32,000 nucleotides of DNA from Mycobacterium leprae TN (GCF_000195855.1 NC_002677.1:2040001-2072000); one strand, 5' to 3'. Numbered from the stretch's first letter, positions 1 through 10,014 are shown. The notes: generated by a model not told the origin, from the letters alone. A program made the numbers and translations.

Positions 1-1175
1 TACCAAAGATTGCCTATGCAAACCCGCTGCCGAGCCGGCCCGCGGCCATCGCTTACCGCGATCTCGAACGCACAGTGCCGAGTTGGTCGACTACGCGTCC
101 TGGCGGCGACTGCTCGGGCCACTGACGGCAGACGCCGACGCAGTGATCGGATTCGTGCTCGGCGACAAGCGTTCGGTGCCCAGTTAGATCTTGCCTGACC
201 TGCGTCTGGGCTTACGAATGCTGGCGCAAAGCACCCCGACGTGGCGGTCACTGAGTGGCGAGTACACCCGATCCTTGTTCACCGGCGTTGCCGCCCATAC
301 GGTTTTGCGGATACCGTCGTTGGTATCGGCGGGCGCCGGGTTAACGCCGCCCACCCTCGCCTATGCAGTAGGCTAACCGCGCCTGGTGGTGGGCTACCCA
401 GACATCATCGACACGCTTGCCTACCTAAGCGCGCGCAGAAGCGCGTTTACGGACGACGTGGAAAGCACCGAATCACCAGGACTCCTGAGGTGCCGTCATG
501 TTTGACACGACCCCAACAATGTTGCTTCAGAAGTACGGCAACATCCTTCCACCTCGGTACGTTAAAGCATTTCGCCGTAACCGACTGGGCCAGATGTTGC
601 CAAAGTCGACTTCGTGGTTAGTTATTCCATCTCGTGGTCGGATCCGCGGCTGCGGCAAGCAGCAATTCTTCAATCTGGGCGATACCCCGCGAATAGATAG
701 CGCGCACCGAGGCAGACATCGTGGTTGGCCGCCACGCGCGGTGGCCAATGCTGCTAACCACCTCACCACACATCGCCGATCCGGGCCGCATCGCTACCAA
801 CGGCCGCCATCTTTTCTGGACTTACACCTACGTCCCGTCGAATTCCACCGCCGATCCAACCGAGACCGTGACCGGGGGTGTCGAGCAATTCACACCGAGC
901 TTCCGCGACATCGTGGTTGTGGCGCATACGGTGTACACCGCGCTAATAACCGACTATGTCGGCGACCATATTGTGACGGGAGACAATTCCCTGCGGCGTG
1001 CGATCGCTAACCTCCACACCGAGGATCAACCCTTGGCACACAACGACTCCCAAGGTGTAATCTGTGTTCGGCTGCCCCCGGCAACAACGTGCACGGCATG
1101 GCCGGTTACTAAGCCGCACACACCCTGTTACTCCGAGAATTCGGGACCACCGACGTGCCCGCGATGGCACCGTGA
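1..1175 (+). pseudogene. Phytoene-desaturase-family FAD-dependent oxidoreductase (M. tuberculosis Rv2997-like). The 5' end lies outside the window and the gene is multiply disrupted.
   Basis: Family-like peptide blocks are scattered over all three + frames. They include FTGVAAHTVLRIPSLVSAGAGLTPPTLAYAVG* (ORF 191-376), KVDFVVSYSISWSDPRL, and NGRHLFWTYTYVPSNSTADPTETVTGGVEQFTPSFRDIVV...GDNSLRRAI (ORF 721-1338). The C-terminal block NLCSAAPGNNVHGMAGY*AAHTLL ends at TGA 1173-1175. Several in-frame stops and frame changes separate the blocks. Confidence 0.7.
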
Positions 1176-1794
1176 CAAGGCTCGCGGTCATCTATTATTT
1201 CGACCACCAGTCACGGCACCACGATGGCTGAGCGCGTCTCCGCTACGACCAAATCTGCGTGCACGGAAGTCCAATGCGCCACGTAGCCGAGACATGCGCC
1301 CCGGAATCGTTCGCACCCAACCCGGCCAGGACGGCTAACTACGAAGCCACCAAAGACTTGCCCCCAACCACCGGTGACGACAGTATCTGAGTCGACGCCT
1401 TGATTTTTCACTGGCCGACCTGATTCGGCTCTCCGGCATCGCAATTGTGCAACTTCCTCGACTCGCTGTACGGGCTGTGAGCCGAAGGCAAGCTGGCCGA
1501 CAAGGTGCACTCGGCCTTCACATCGTCCAATACCGTACATGACGGACAGGAAACCACCCTGGTCACACCGTACTTGACCCTGATGCATTTCAGCGACATC
1601 ATCGGTGATACTGGGTACACACCGATACGGTGAAATCTGTCGACGGCCACCCTGATAGAGGTGAGCTCAGTGTCCACCCACGACAACATCACCGAATCAA
1701 ATTATGTTATGCGACCGGCAAACACCCTCGATTACCGGGCTCGCTGGGTGGTGACTACTGGCGGTTGTGTTGAGGTTAATGTTAGCGCGGACTC

Positions 1795-1819
1795 GTTGTG
1801 GGGGTGGAGTAAAGGGTGG
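1795..1819. repeat. Left terminal inverted repeat of the IS remnant (25 bp)
   Basis: Exact reverse complement of 2650-2674. A weaker match (CAGTGT..TG) extends about 15 bp further inward. Confidence 0.85.
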
Positions 1820-2649
1820 TGGGTCAGTGTATTGGCGGGTCGGTGCGTCAGGTCGCAAAGGTCGGTATCGATGCCGTGGTGATGCGGGTATGAGAGTCGT
1901 TTCGAGGTCTTGGTCTCACGCTGGGGTTGTACAGCGATTCTGTGGTAGGGCGTTGTCTTGTGGTTGATCATGGCCGCAGTGATCACATCAGTGCTGTGGT
2001 CCTTGGATAGGTGTAGCAGCTGCACGAATCCGCTACTTGTGTTCGGCCAGGGCGCCGATTTGGGGGTCTAATTTTTGCCGATGATTACATCATCCGCCCA
2101 ATGCTATGAGGTTAGAGCACCACACGGTCGTGTAGTTTTCGCGGGACGTGCACTGGTGGTGGCCATACCTAGAGAATAATGGTGGTGCCCGGTTTTAGCG
2201 TGCTGTGCCCTCAGCGTGCGGAACATCCACCCAGTGCGCACATGTTGGTTGAGCTTGGACTCGATGTTGAAGTGTTTTATAGGACACCTGCATCTTTCGG
2301 GCCGGTCGGGATAGGTTTTGGGCCAACACCCCCACAATTTGTTCGGGACTGTACTTCTTGGCCAGCACACATGTCTATCTCCGTACGCAGCTGCCCACAA
2401 CGCTCACCTTGCCGGCCTTTAAAGCCACTGGCCCACTGCTCACTGCATAGCTAAGCAATACAAGCTCAGTAACCCGATTGAGCGTCTTAGCCAGCATAGT
2501 TGGTGTCGAATCAGTGCAACCCCCAAAGCAACCCGCAAACACGCGGGCCCCACCCTTGCTGGTGATCTCACGCACGATCCCCACCCCCACCCAACCCAAA
2601 CGAACGGTTAACGATCGATCACATCAACTCACAACACTGCAACACACCG

Positions 2650-2674
2650 CCACCCTTTACTCCACCCCCACAAC
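2650..2674. repeat. Right terminal inverted repeat of the IS remnant (25 bp)
   Basis: CCACCCTTTACTCCACCCCCACAAC is the exact reverse complement of 1795-1819. Confidence 0.85.
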
Positions 2675-2719
2675 AGAACATGCACACAAAGTACAATTCA
2701 ACCCCGAGAGAGCGCTACG

Positions 2720-3769
<1,050 letters not shown>

Positions 3770-3773
3770 TTAG

Positions 3774-4283
3774 CTACCTGACTGTGCCGATACCGCGCGG
3801 ACCGCGAGATAACGAGACCACTCCCGATTGGACGATTTCTCGTACGCCGAAAGGCTCCAGCACACGCAGCAACGCCTCAATTTTGCTGCAGTCACCAGTG
3901 GCCTCGACAGTCAGTGACTCGAGCGATACATCAATAACCCTGGCGCGGAACAAGTGTACCGCTTCGATTACCTGGCTGCGGGTACCAGCTTCGGCCCGCA
4001 CCTTGATCAACGCCAGCTCGCGGGACAGCGAGTTGTCAGCCTCTTGCTCAACAACCTTGATGACGTTAATCAACTTGTGCAGCTGCTTGGTGACCTGCTC
4101 GAGCGGGGTCTCCTCGGCAGAGACAACGATGGTCATTCGCGACATAGTCTTGCACTCAGTAGCACCGACAGCCAACGACTCAATATTGAAACCGCGCCGA
4201 GAGAACAGTGCCGCCACCCGCGCGAGCACGCCGGGAGTGTCCTCGACCAGAACCGACAAGGTGTGCGTTGGCAACCCTACCAT
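3774..4283 (-). CDS. ilvN: Acetolactate synthase small (regulatory) subunit
   Basis: The 169-aa ORF has an ACT-domain N-terminus, HTLSVLVEDTPGVLARVAALFSRRGFNIESLAVG. It has an ATG start and sits between ilvB and ilvC, the canonical ilvBNC order. Confidence 0.95.
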   Translation of the reverse strand: MVGLPTHTLSVLVEDTPGVLARVAALFSRRGFNIESLAVGATECKTMSRMTIVVSAEETPLEQVTKQLHKLINVIKVVEQEADNSLSRELALIKVRAEAGTRSQVIEAVHLFRARVIDVSLESLTVEATGDCSKIEALLRVLEPFGVREIVQSGVVSLSRGPRGIGTVR

Positions 4284-4334
4284 TATGCGCCATTCCTCCT
4301 CATCGCTAGGCTCTGCATCGTCGCCGACGCACAG

Positions 4335-6212
4335 TCAAACATGCCCTTCGCTTTCGTCATCAAAGAGCGGGCGGATACCGCGGGCAGCTTGGATCTCGTC
4401 GTTGCTGGCCCCAGCGGCGACCATCGGCCACACCTGCGCATCGGCGCCGACGATGAAGTCGATCACCACAGGGCGGTTGTTGATCGCCCTGGCCTGATTG
4501 ATCACATCGACAACGTCCTCTTCACACTCGCAACGCAATCCGACGCAACCCAACGCCTCGGCCAACTTCACGAAGTCCGGAATGCGGTGTGAGTGGGTGG
4601 CCAGGTCGGTCTGCGAGTAACGCTCCTGATAAAACAAGGCTTGCCATTGCCGCACCATGCCCAGGTTGCCGTTGTTGATCAACGCCACCTTGATCGGCGC
4701 GCCCTCGATAGCGCACGTAGCCAACTCCTGGTTGGTCATCTGGAAGCAGCCATCGCCGTCGATCGCCCAGACTTCTGCCTCCGGGCGAGCAATCTTGGCG
4801 CCCATGGCCGCCGGAATAGCAAACCCCATGGTGCCCAGACCGCCTGAGTTGAGCCAAGTACGCGGCTTCTCGTAGGAGATGAACTGCGCCGCCCACATCT
4901 GATGCTGACCTACACCCGCGACATATACGGCCTCCGGGCCAACAATTTCACCAAGCTTTTCGATAACGTACTCCGGGCTCAGAGTGCCGTCGCTTTGTGG
5001 ACTGTAGCTCAACGGATACGTCTTGCGAACACCGTCCAAATATGACCACCAGTCGGTCATTTCGATGTTGCCGGGGACCTCGTAATGGCGCAGCATCGCG
5101 ATGAGCTCTACAATAACAGCTTTGACGTCGCCCACAATCGGCACGTCAGCGTGCCGGTTCTTGCCGATCTCCGCCGGGTCGATGTCGGCATGTATAACCT
5201 TGGCGTCGGGCGCGAAGGAGTCGAGCTTGCCAGTCACCCGGTCGTCAAAGCGAGTGCCCAGTGCGATCAGTAAATCGCTGCGCTGCAGCGCTGCCACCGC
5301 CGCAACGGTGCCGTGCATGCCGGGCATGCCCAAGTTCTGGTGATGGCTGTCGGGGAACGCGCCACGTGCCATCAACGTGCTAACCACCGGGATGCCGGTC
5401 AGTTCGGCCAAATCCCGTAGCTGCTCGGTCGCTTCGCCGCGGATAACGCCCCCGCCGACATACAGCACAGGCTTGCGGGCGTCAGCGATCAGCTTGGCTG
5501 CCGCACGGATCTGCCGGTTGTGCGGTTTGGTGTTCGGCTTGTACCCGGGCAAGTCCATTTTCGGTGGCCAGCTGAACTTGCACTGGCCCTGCAGCACATC
5601 CTTCGGGATATCGACGAGCACCGCACCCGGCCGTCCCGACGACGCGATGTGGAAGGCCTCAGCCAGTACCCGGGGAATATCGTCGCCGGCACGAACCAGA
5701 AAGTTATGCTTGGTTATCGGCATTGTGATGCCGGAGATGTCGGCCTCTTGGAAGGCATCCGTCCCGATCAGACTGCGCCCGACCTGCCCAGTAATGGCGA
5801 CCACCGGCACTGAGTCCATCTGCGCATCGGCCAACGGTGTCACCAGATTGGTGGCTCCAGGACCAGAAGTCGCCATGCACACCCCCACCTTGCCGGTCAC
5901 GTGTGCGTAGCCGCTGGCCGCGTGGCCGGCGCCCTGCTCGTGGCGGACCAGGACATGACGTAACTTTTTTGAGTAGAACAGCGGGTCATATACCAGAAGG
6001 ACGGCACCGCCGGGAATTCCGAAGATGACCTCGACATCGAGTTCTTCCAACGACCGAATCACCGATTGAGCACCGGTAAGTTGCTCAGGTGAAACGCGTT
6101 CTAGTTTTGCGACAGCTGGCTTTGAGGGAAATTGCGTGGCGGGTTTCACGGTGTTTGGCACGCTGTTACCCGCCCCCTGCGGGCGGGCGTGTGGCTTGGT
6201 CGGTGCGCTCAC
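4335..6212 (-). CDS. ilvB: Acetolactate synthase large (catalytic) subunit, ThDP-dependent
   Basis: The 625-aa ORF carries ThDP-enzyme blocks ([55 protein letters not shown]). The GTG start at 6212 has AAAGAGGA upstream. Confidence 0.95.
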   Translation of the reverse strand: MSAPTKPHARPQGAGNSVPNTVKPATQFPSKPAVAKLERVSPEQLTGAQSVIRSLEELDVEVIFGIPGGAVLLVYDPLFYSKKLRHVLVRHEQGAGHAASGYAHVTGKVGVCMATSGPGATNLVTPLADAQMDSVPVVAITGQVGRSLIGTDAFQEADISGITMPITKHNFLVRAGDDIPRVLAEAFHIASSGRPGAVLVDIPKDVLQGQCKFSWPPKMDLPGYKPNTKPHNRQIRAAAKLIADARKPVLYVGGGVIRGEATEQLRDLAELTGIPVVSTLMARGAFPDSHHQNLGMPGMHGTVAAVAALQRSDLLIALGTRFDDRVTGKLDSFAPDAKVIHADIDPAEIGKNRHADVPIVGDVKAVIVELIAMLRHYEVPGNIEMTDWWSYLDGVRKTYPLSYSPQSDGTLSPEYVIEKLGEIVGPEAVYVAGVGQHQMWAAQFISYEKPRTWLNSGGLGTMGFAIPAAMGAKIARPEAEVWAIDGDGCFQMTNQELATCAIEGAPIKVALINNGNLGMVRQWQALFYQERYSQTDLATHSHRIPDFVKLAEALGCVGLRCECEEDVVDVINQARAINNRPVVIDFIVGADAQVWPMVAAGASNDEIQAARGIRPLFDDESEGHV

Positions 6213-6261
6213 TGTGTGTCCTCTTTAGTCCTTATTCGCTTCGACAGTCACGTTGACGGGC

Positions 6262-6302
6262 AACAAAAAACCCTCGACAGCTGAGCTAGCTGCACGAGGG
6301 TT
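6262..6302 (-). terminator. Intrinsic terminator/attenuator hairpin in the ilvB leader
   Basis: The minus-strand RNA reads AACCCUCG-UGCAGCU-AGCUC-AGCUG-U-CGAGGGUU followed by UUUUUUGUU. This is an 8-bp GC-rich stem plus a 5-bp inner stem. It ends about 50 nt upstream of the ilvB start codon. Confidence 0.7.
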
Positions 6303-6342
6303 GCGCGTTGGCTTTGGATCGCTTCAAATACTGAAGTGCTAC

Positions 6343-6378
6343 TCAACCACCAACGCGCTGACAAATTACTACCAACAT
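6343..6378 (-). CDS. Candidate ilvB leader peptide MLVVICQRVGG (11 aa)
   Basis: The sequence is ATG TTG GTA GTA ATT TGT CAG CGC GTT GGT GGT TGA. It has four consecutive branched-chain codons (L-V-V-I) about 40 nt upstream of the terminator hairpin. The Shine-Dalgarno is weak (GGA adjacent to the ATG). Confidence 0.55.
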   Translation of the reverse strand: MLVVICQRVGG

Positions 6379-6578
6379 TCCGGGCTGGCCGGCGTTATCC
6401 ATAACACCCGACGGTAGCCTTCGCAGAGCTCAACCGTCAAATCCGACACCGCCCAAGCAGCACCTCGGCCTGCGTGACAAGTGAAATTATGCTCGGGTGG
6501 CTACTCTGGTTCGTCTGGTTTTCTAGTTCGTCTGGCCAAACACCCGCTGGCTCTCGAATGGTAATCAAGGTGTCACCG

Positions 6579-6927
6579 GTGGCACACAGTGCCGTTGGAT
6601 TCCCACCCCTCGGGCTGCTGGTGCCGGCAGCTGGCCTGGCCTGCCGGCCGTCCCACTACTTGCATTGTCATCCCGGCGGTATTGTCGGCGTTATTCTTCC
6701 GGCTCCGTATGGTCGCCGAAGACCAGGGCATATGTAGTACACGTCCCGTTGAGCAGCCAGGTAGTGCGCCGGGGTAACATCGACGGACTGCGTTTCAACC
6801 GAGGTTCCTGGGAACACACCCGGCTCAAAAGTGGTGCGTAACTGCAGATTGCCCGCAGTCACTTTCGCCACCCTGCCGCTGTTGACCGAAGCCCACTCAG
6901 GACGGACAAGTCCCCAACCCGTACCGA
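6579..6927 (+). pseudogene. cfp6: cfp6 (Rv3004-like low-molecular-weight antigen) pseudogene
   Basis: Cfp6-like peptide segments appear consecutively but in changing frames. They run VAHSAVGFPPLGLLVPAAG (from GTG 6579), IVIPAVLSALFFRLRMVAEDQG (+1 frame), VVRRGNIDGLRFNRGSWEHTRLKSGA* (in-frame TAA at 6839-6841), LPAVTFATLPLLTEAHSGR, then VPNPYR (ends 6927). That gives at least 4 frameshifts and 1 stop. Confidence 0.75.
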
Positions 6928-6983
6928 CCCGACCCCGTACCGGATGAGCGCAAAAGGTACCTGTCACCGAGTGTAAGGCCGTT

Positions 6984-7880
6984 TCAGGCTAGGGGATTCA
7001 CGCCGTTGAGCAGCACCCACACCGCGATGCCGGCGGCGATGCCGGCAATTAGCACTATGAAGGACCCAATGAACGGTCGATAGGCCCAGCGCCGACCGGC
7101 ATCGAGGCCGTACCGACCCGGACCACACAGGATGACAGTAACATCCATTACGATCAGGGTGATCTGATGTTCATTCCCGTCCGGTAAAAAGAATGAGAAT
7201 AGGGGCGAATGCGGCCATGCCGCGAGCAGACCATTGATCAGGAACGCCAGCGCGCCCGCAGCGACCACCGGCGCAAATAATCCCAGGACCAGAAGCACGC
7301 CGGCAACAGCCTCTCCGCCAGCGCTCACATAAGCCAGGATGTCGGCGTGCTGGTAGCCAACCTGGGTCAGCGAATTCTTGAATCCGGTCAACCCCTGGCC
7401 ACCCCACCAACCGAACAGCTTATGCAGCCCTTGGGCGGCCAACACTACGCCCAGCCCGACCCGGAGTACCAGCAAACCGAGATGCTGGGTACCGCGCCGA
7501 CCGACGGTGTGTAATCGCTCGTTGTCCTGGTCTGAATCGATCTCAGTAGGCTCAGCCACTGCATGCCGAGCCTGCGGCTGGACGTAAGGTAACGGCTCCT
7601 GCTGGTCGAGTAGGTTGTATCCCGTACCACCGGGACCCTTCAAGTGATCAGGGTCACTGTACGGGATGACGGTGGTAGTTCCGAAATCGCCTGGGTAGCC
7701 GACTGGCGTCAGGTCATCTTCGGGATCGACCAGGCTTGCTGAGGCAGGGCGTCCCGGGATTGGCTCCGGGCATTCGCCCGGCCGCCGCCAATGTTCGTCA
7801 TGCGATTGACCGGTCACTCCTGCTAGAGTAAAGGCATTTGGGTCTGAATTGGGGATTTGAGCAACACTTTCGTCCAACAA
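6984..7880 (-). CDS. DoxX-family integral membrane protein (Rv3005c-like) with a Pro/Asp-rich N-terminal extension
   Basis: The C-terminal ~150 aa of the 298-aa ORF are the DoxX core (LGLLVLRVGLGVVLAAQGLHKLFGWWGGQGLTGF..., four hydrophobic helices). The start is uncertain: the ORF opens with TTG at 7880 and there is no internal ATG near the N-terminus. Confidence 0.8.
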   Translation of the reverse strand: MLDESVAQIPNSDPNAFTLAGVTGQSHDEHWRRPGECPEPIPGRPASASLVDPEDDLTPVGYPGDFGTTTVIPYSDPDHLKGPGGTGYNLLDQQEPLPYVQPQARHAVAEPTEIDSDQDNERLHTVGRRGTQHLGLLVLRVGLGVVLAAQGLHKLFGWWGGQGLTGFKNSLTQVGYQHADILAYVSAGGEAVAGVLLVLGLFAPVVAAGALAFLINGLLAAWPHSPLFSFFLPDGNEHQITLIVMDVTVILCGPGRYGLDAGRRWAYRPFIGSFIVLIAGIAAGIAVWVLLNGVNPLA

Positions 7881-8059
7881 TCAACACTTAAACCTGTATA
7901 ATTAAATGCAGATCGGACTCAAAATGGCCCGAAAATGGTGACGCATGCCTCTACGATACGACTAATCACCTGCACAAGTAGGGTTAGAGCGTCAACTTAC
8001 GGGGAAAACGAAAGCACGCATGTGGCAGCAACACCGGCGATGTCCGTAGCCTTTCGGTC

Positions 8060-9178
8060 ATGCGGATAGGGCGGTCAGTTCGGTCTGGTTTCACTGCGTT
8101 GTGTGCGGCGCTGCTGATACTGAGCAGCTGCGCACGGTTCAACAACACCCAGTCACAGCCCTTCACGACCAAGCCAGAACTCCGGCCACAGCCCAGCTCG
8201 ATACCACCCCCTCCGCCATTGCCATTGACACCGTTCCCCAAACAGTGCCCAGCCCCCGGGGTGATGCAAGGCTGTCTGGAGAGCACTAGCGGCCTGATTA
8301 TGGGCATCGACAACAAAACCGCACTGGTAGCTGAACGCACCACCGGCGCAGTCAAGGAGATCTCGGTCAGCGCCGAACCTAAGGTAAAGACGGTCGTCTC
8401 GGTCGACTCGTCCGGTGATGGTGGCTTGATGGATATCGTGCTGTCGCCCACTTACCAGCAAGACCGCCTGATGTACGCTTATATTAGTACGCCCACCGAC
8501 AACCGAGTGATCCGAGTGGCTGACGGCGACATCCCGAAGAACATCCTGACCGGCATCCCCAAAGGGGCTGTCGGCAACACCGGAGCGTTGATCTTCACTA
8601 GCCCCACCACCCTGGTTGTGCTCACTGGCGATGTGGACAACCCGGCAATGGCCGCCGATCCCAAATCGTTGGCCGGCAAGCTACTGCGCATCGAGCAGCC
8701 GACCACCATCGGCCAGGCGCCGCCGACAACGGCGCTATCCAGCATCGGCTCAGGCGGCGGCTTGTGTACCGACCCCGTCGACGACTCGCTGTATGTCACC
8801 GACCGCACCCCCACCGCAGACCGATTGCAGCGCATCACCAAGAACTCAAAAGTCTCGACAGTATGGACCTGGCCCGACAAGCCCGGCGTGGCCGGCTGTG
8901 CGGCCATGGACGGGACCGTGCTGGTCAATCTGATTAGCCCCAAGCTGACGGTGGCCGTCCGGCTAGCACCATCGACGGGTGCAGTCACCGGTGAACCCGA
9001 CGTTGTCCGTAAGGACACCCACGTGCACGCGTGGGCATTGCGAATGTCTCCAGACGGGAATGTCTGGGGAGCAACCATCAACAAGACTGCCGGTGACGCC
9101 GAAAAGCTCGACGACGTGGTGTTCCCACTGTTCCCCCGGGGTGGCGGCTTTCCGCGCAACAACGACGACAAAACCTAG
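8060..9178 (+). CDS. lppZ: Lipoprotein LppZ (Rv3006-like, beta-propeller/sorbosone-dehydrogenase-like fold)
   Basis: The 372-aa ORF has an ATG start. The signal peptide carries the lipobox LILSS-C (Cys24) after a basic N-terminus (MRIGRSVRSGF...). The mature part starts with a Pro-rich linker. Confidence 0.85.
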   Translation: MRIGRSVRSGFTALCAALLILSSCARFNNTQSQPFTTKPELRPQPSSIPPPPPLPLTPFPKQCPAPGVMQGCLESTSGLIMGIDNKTALVAERTTGAVKEISVSAEPKVKTVVSVDSSGDGGLMDIVLSPTYQQDRLMYAYISTPTDNRVIRVADGDIPKNILTGIPKGAVGNTGALIFTSPTTLVVLTGDVDNPAMAADPKSLAGKLLRIEQPTTIGQAPPTTALSSIGSGGGLCTDPVDDSLYVTDRTPTADRLQRITKNSKVSTVWTWPDKPGVAGCAAMDGTVLVNLISPKLTVAVRLAPSTGAVTGEPDVVRKDTHVHAWALRMSPDGNVWGATINKTAGDAEKLDDVVFPLFPRGGGFPRNNDDKT

Positions 9179-9212
9179 CCTAGCGACAAGACAAAACCTA
9201 GCCTAGCGACAA
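9167..9212. repeat. Perfect 23-bp tandem duplication (2 copies) spanning the lppZ stop codon
   Basis: GACAAAACCTAGCCTAGCGACAA at 9167-9189 is repeated exactly at 9190-9212. The lppZ TAG (9176-9178) lies in copy 1. Confidence 0.95.
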
Positions 9213-9304
9213 TGCGGACCGAGCAGCCCGCGGAGAAGATCAGCAAATCAAGACGGAGCCGGGCAAAAATCCATCGTCGCGTGTGACTCTCACGACACCC
9301 TAAC

Positions 9305-9331
9305 GGTGTGTAGCATAGCGCGATACACACC
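9305..9331. terminator. Candidate bidirectional hairpin between convergent lppZ and the HtrA/PDZ-like pseudogene
   Basis: GGTGTGTA-(11 nt)-TACACACC forms an 8-bp stem. There is no U-tract on either strand, and function is unproven. Confidence 0.25.
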
Positions 9332-9366
9332 TGAAGAGCCGGTTTGACTGCCGAAGAGTTCGGTGA

Positions 9367-9949
9367 TCAGTCGGCAAGTTTGCAGGGCACCACGAACACA
9401 TCGACCAATGCACCATTGCGCCACACCGTCATCTCGATCCGACACGCGATAGCATCCTCAACCATTAGTCGCTGGATCGCGGTTGCAGTGGCCACGTGTT
9501 AGCCGTCAACGCTGACCACAATGTCACCGCGGCGCAGGGGCAGTTGTGACGGTCGGGCTGCCAGGTACCACGCTGGCCGACTTGTAGACTATGCGTGGGT
9601 GCCCAAGCTTATTGGCAACCGCAGGCAGCACCGGGACATGTGAACCGGCGATGCCCAACCAGGCACGCAGCACGAGGCCGGCACGTATCAGCGGAACATG
9701 ATCTTGTGGGTCAACTCGTTAACGGGCACAGCCAGCTCGACACAGGCGATTGGCGTGCTCATGCTAACCATCCAACCCTAGCCGTCAGCCAAGACATCAG
9801 CCACTATTTCCGGGCTCAGCGCAGCGTCAGTTTAGATGACCTGGCCGACGACGAGGCCACCACCAGTGGGTAGCAGCGACCGTCCCAGCCCGGAGAAGAC
9901 GATGACGCTGGCGGCTGCCACCGCCGTTACCGCGGCTGCGCATCGCCAT
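9367..9949 (-). pseudogene. Truncated and disrupted HtrA-like (S1C trypsin-fold) serine protease with a C-terminal PDZ domain
   Basis: Minus-strand translation gives GGGLVVGQVI*TDAALSP, matching the IQTDAA.NPGNSGG region. The Q codon is replaced by TAA at 9832-9834 and the GNSGG segment is scrambled. It continues with ELAVPVNELTHKIM, then RAWLGIAGSHVPVLPAVANKLGHPRIVYKSASVVPGSP. After a frameshift comes the PDZ core QLPLRRGDIVVSVDG*HVATATAIQRLMVEDAIACRIEMTVWRNGALVDVFVVPCKLAD, with an in-frame TAA at 9499-9501. The stop is at 9367-9369. The His/Asp half of the protease is absent. Confidence 0.55.
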
Positions 9950-10014
9950 GCTGACCAACACTCAGCAACACCGTCTCTGCCACAGCGGTGACCACGCTGC
10001 TGGAGTACGCGTAC

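Larger units (their letters stand above)
1795..2674 (-). mobile_element. Internally deleted IS256-family (mutator-type transposase) insertion-sequence remnant bounded by 25-bp perfect inverted repeats
   Basis: GTTGTGGGGGTGGAGTAAAGGGTGG at 1795-1819 is exactly reverse-complemented at 2650-2674. Between the repeats, minus-strand fragments resemble IS256/IS1081-type transposase blocks. ORF 2375-2599 reads LNRVTELVLLSYAVSSGPVALKAGKV (compare RGL.GV.LV.SDAH.GL..AI). ORF 2104-2400 reads KLWGCWPKTYP...PIKHFNIESKLNQHVRTGWMFRTLRAQH...HHYSLGMAT (compare EKWGKRYP...TNAIESLN.R.RR....FP...AAL...RYL). The frames are broken by stops, and 880 bp is too short for a complete element. Confidence 0.55.

Noticed and set aside
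6474-6737. An 87-aa ORF that could be taken as an intact small gene upstream of the DoxX gene
   Set aside because: Only its 3' third matches Cfp6. The remainder of Cfp6 continues in other frames with a stop codon, so it is the first fragment of a pseudogene and not a gene.
7897-7902. A TATAAT hexamer in the AT-rich DoxX / lppZ divergent spacer as a -10 promoter box
   Set aside because: It is plausible, but it lies about 160 bp from the lppZ start with no identifiable -35 or extended -10 element. It cannot be supported from sequence alone.
9595-9873. A 92-aa + strand ORF in the lppZ-gatB spacer
   Set aside because: It is antisense to the much better supported HtrA/PDZ-like pseudogene reading and has no recognisable motifs.
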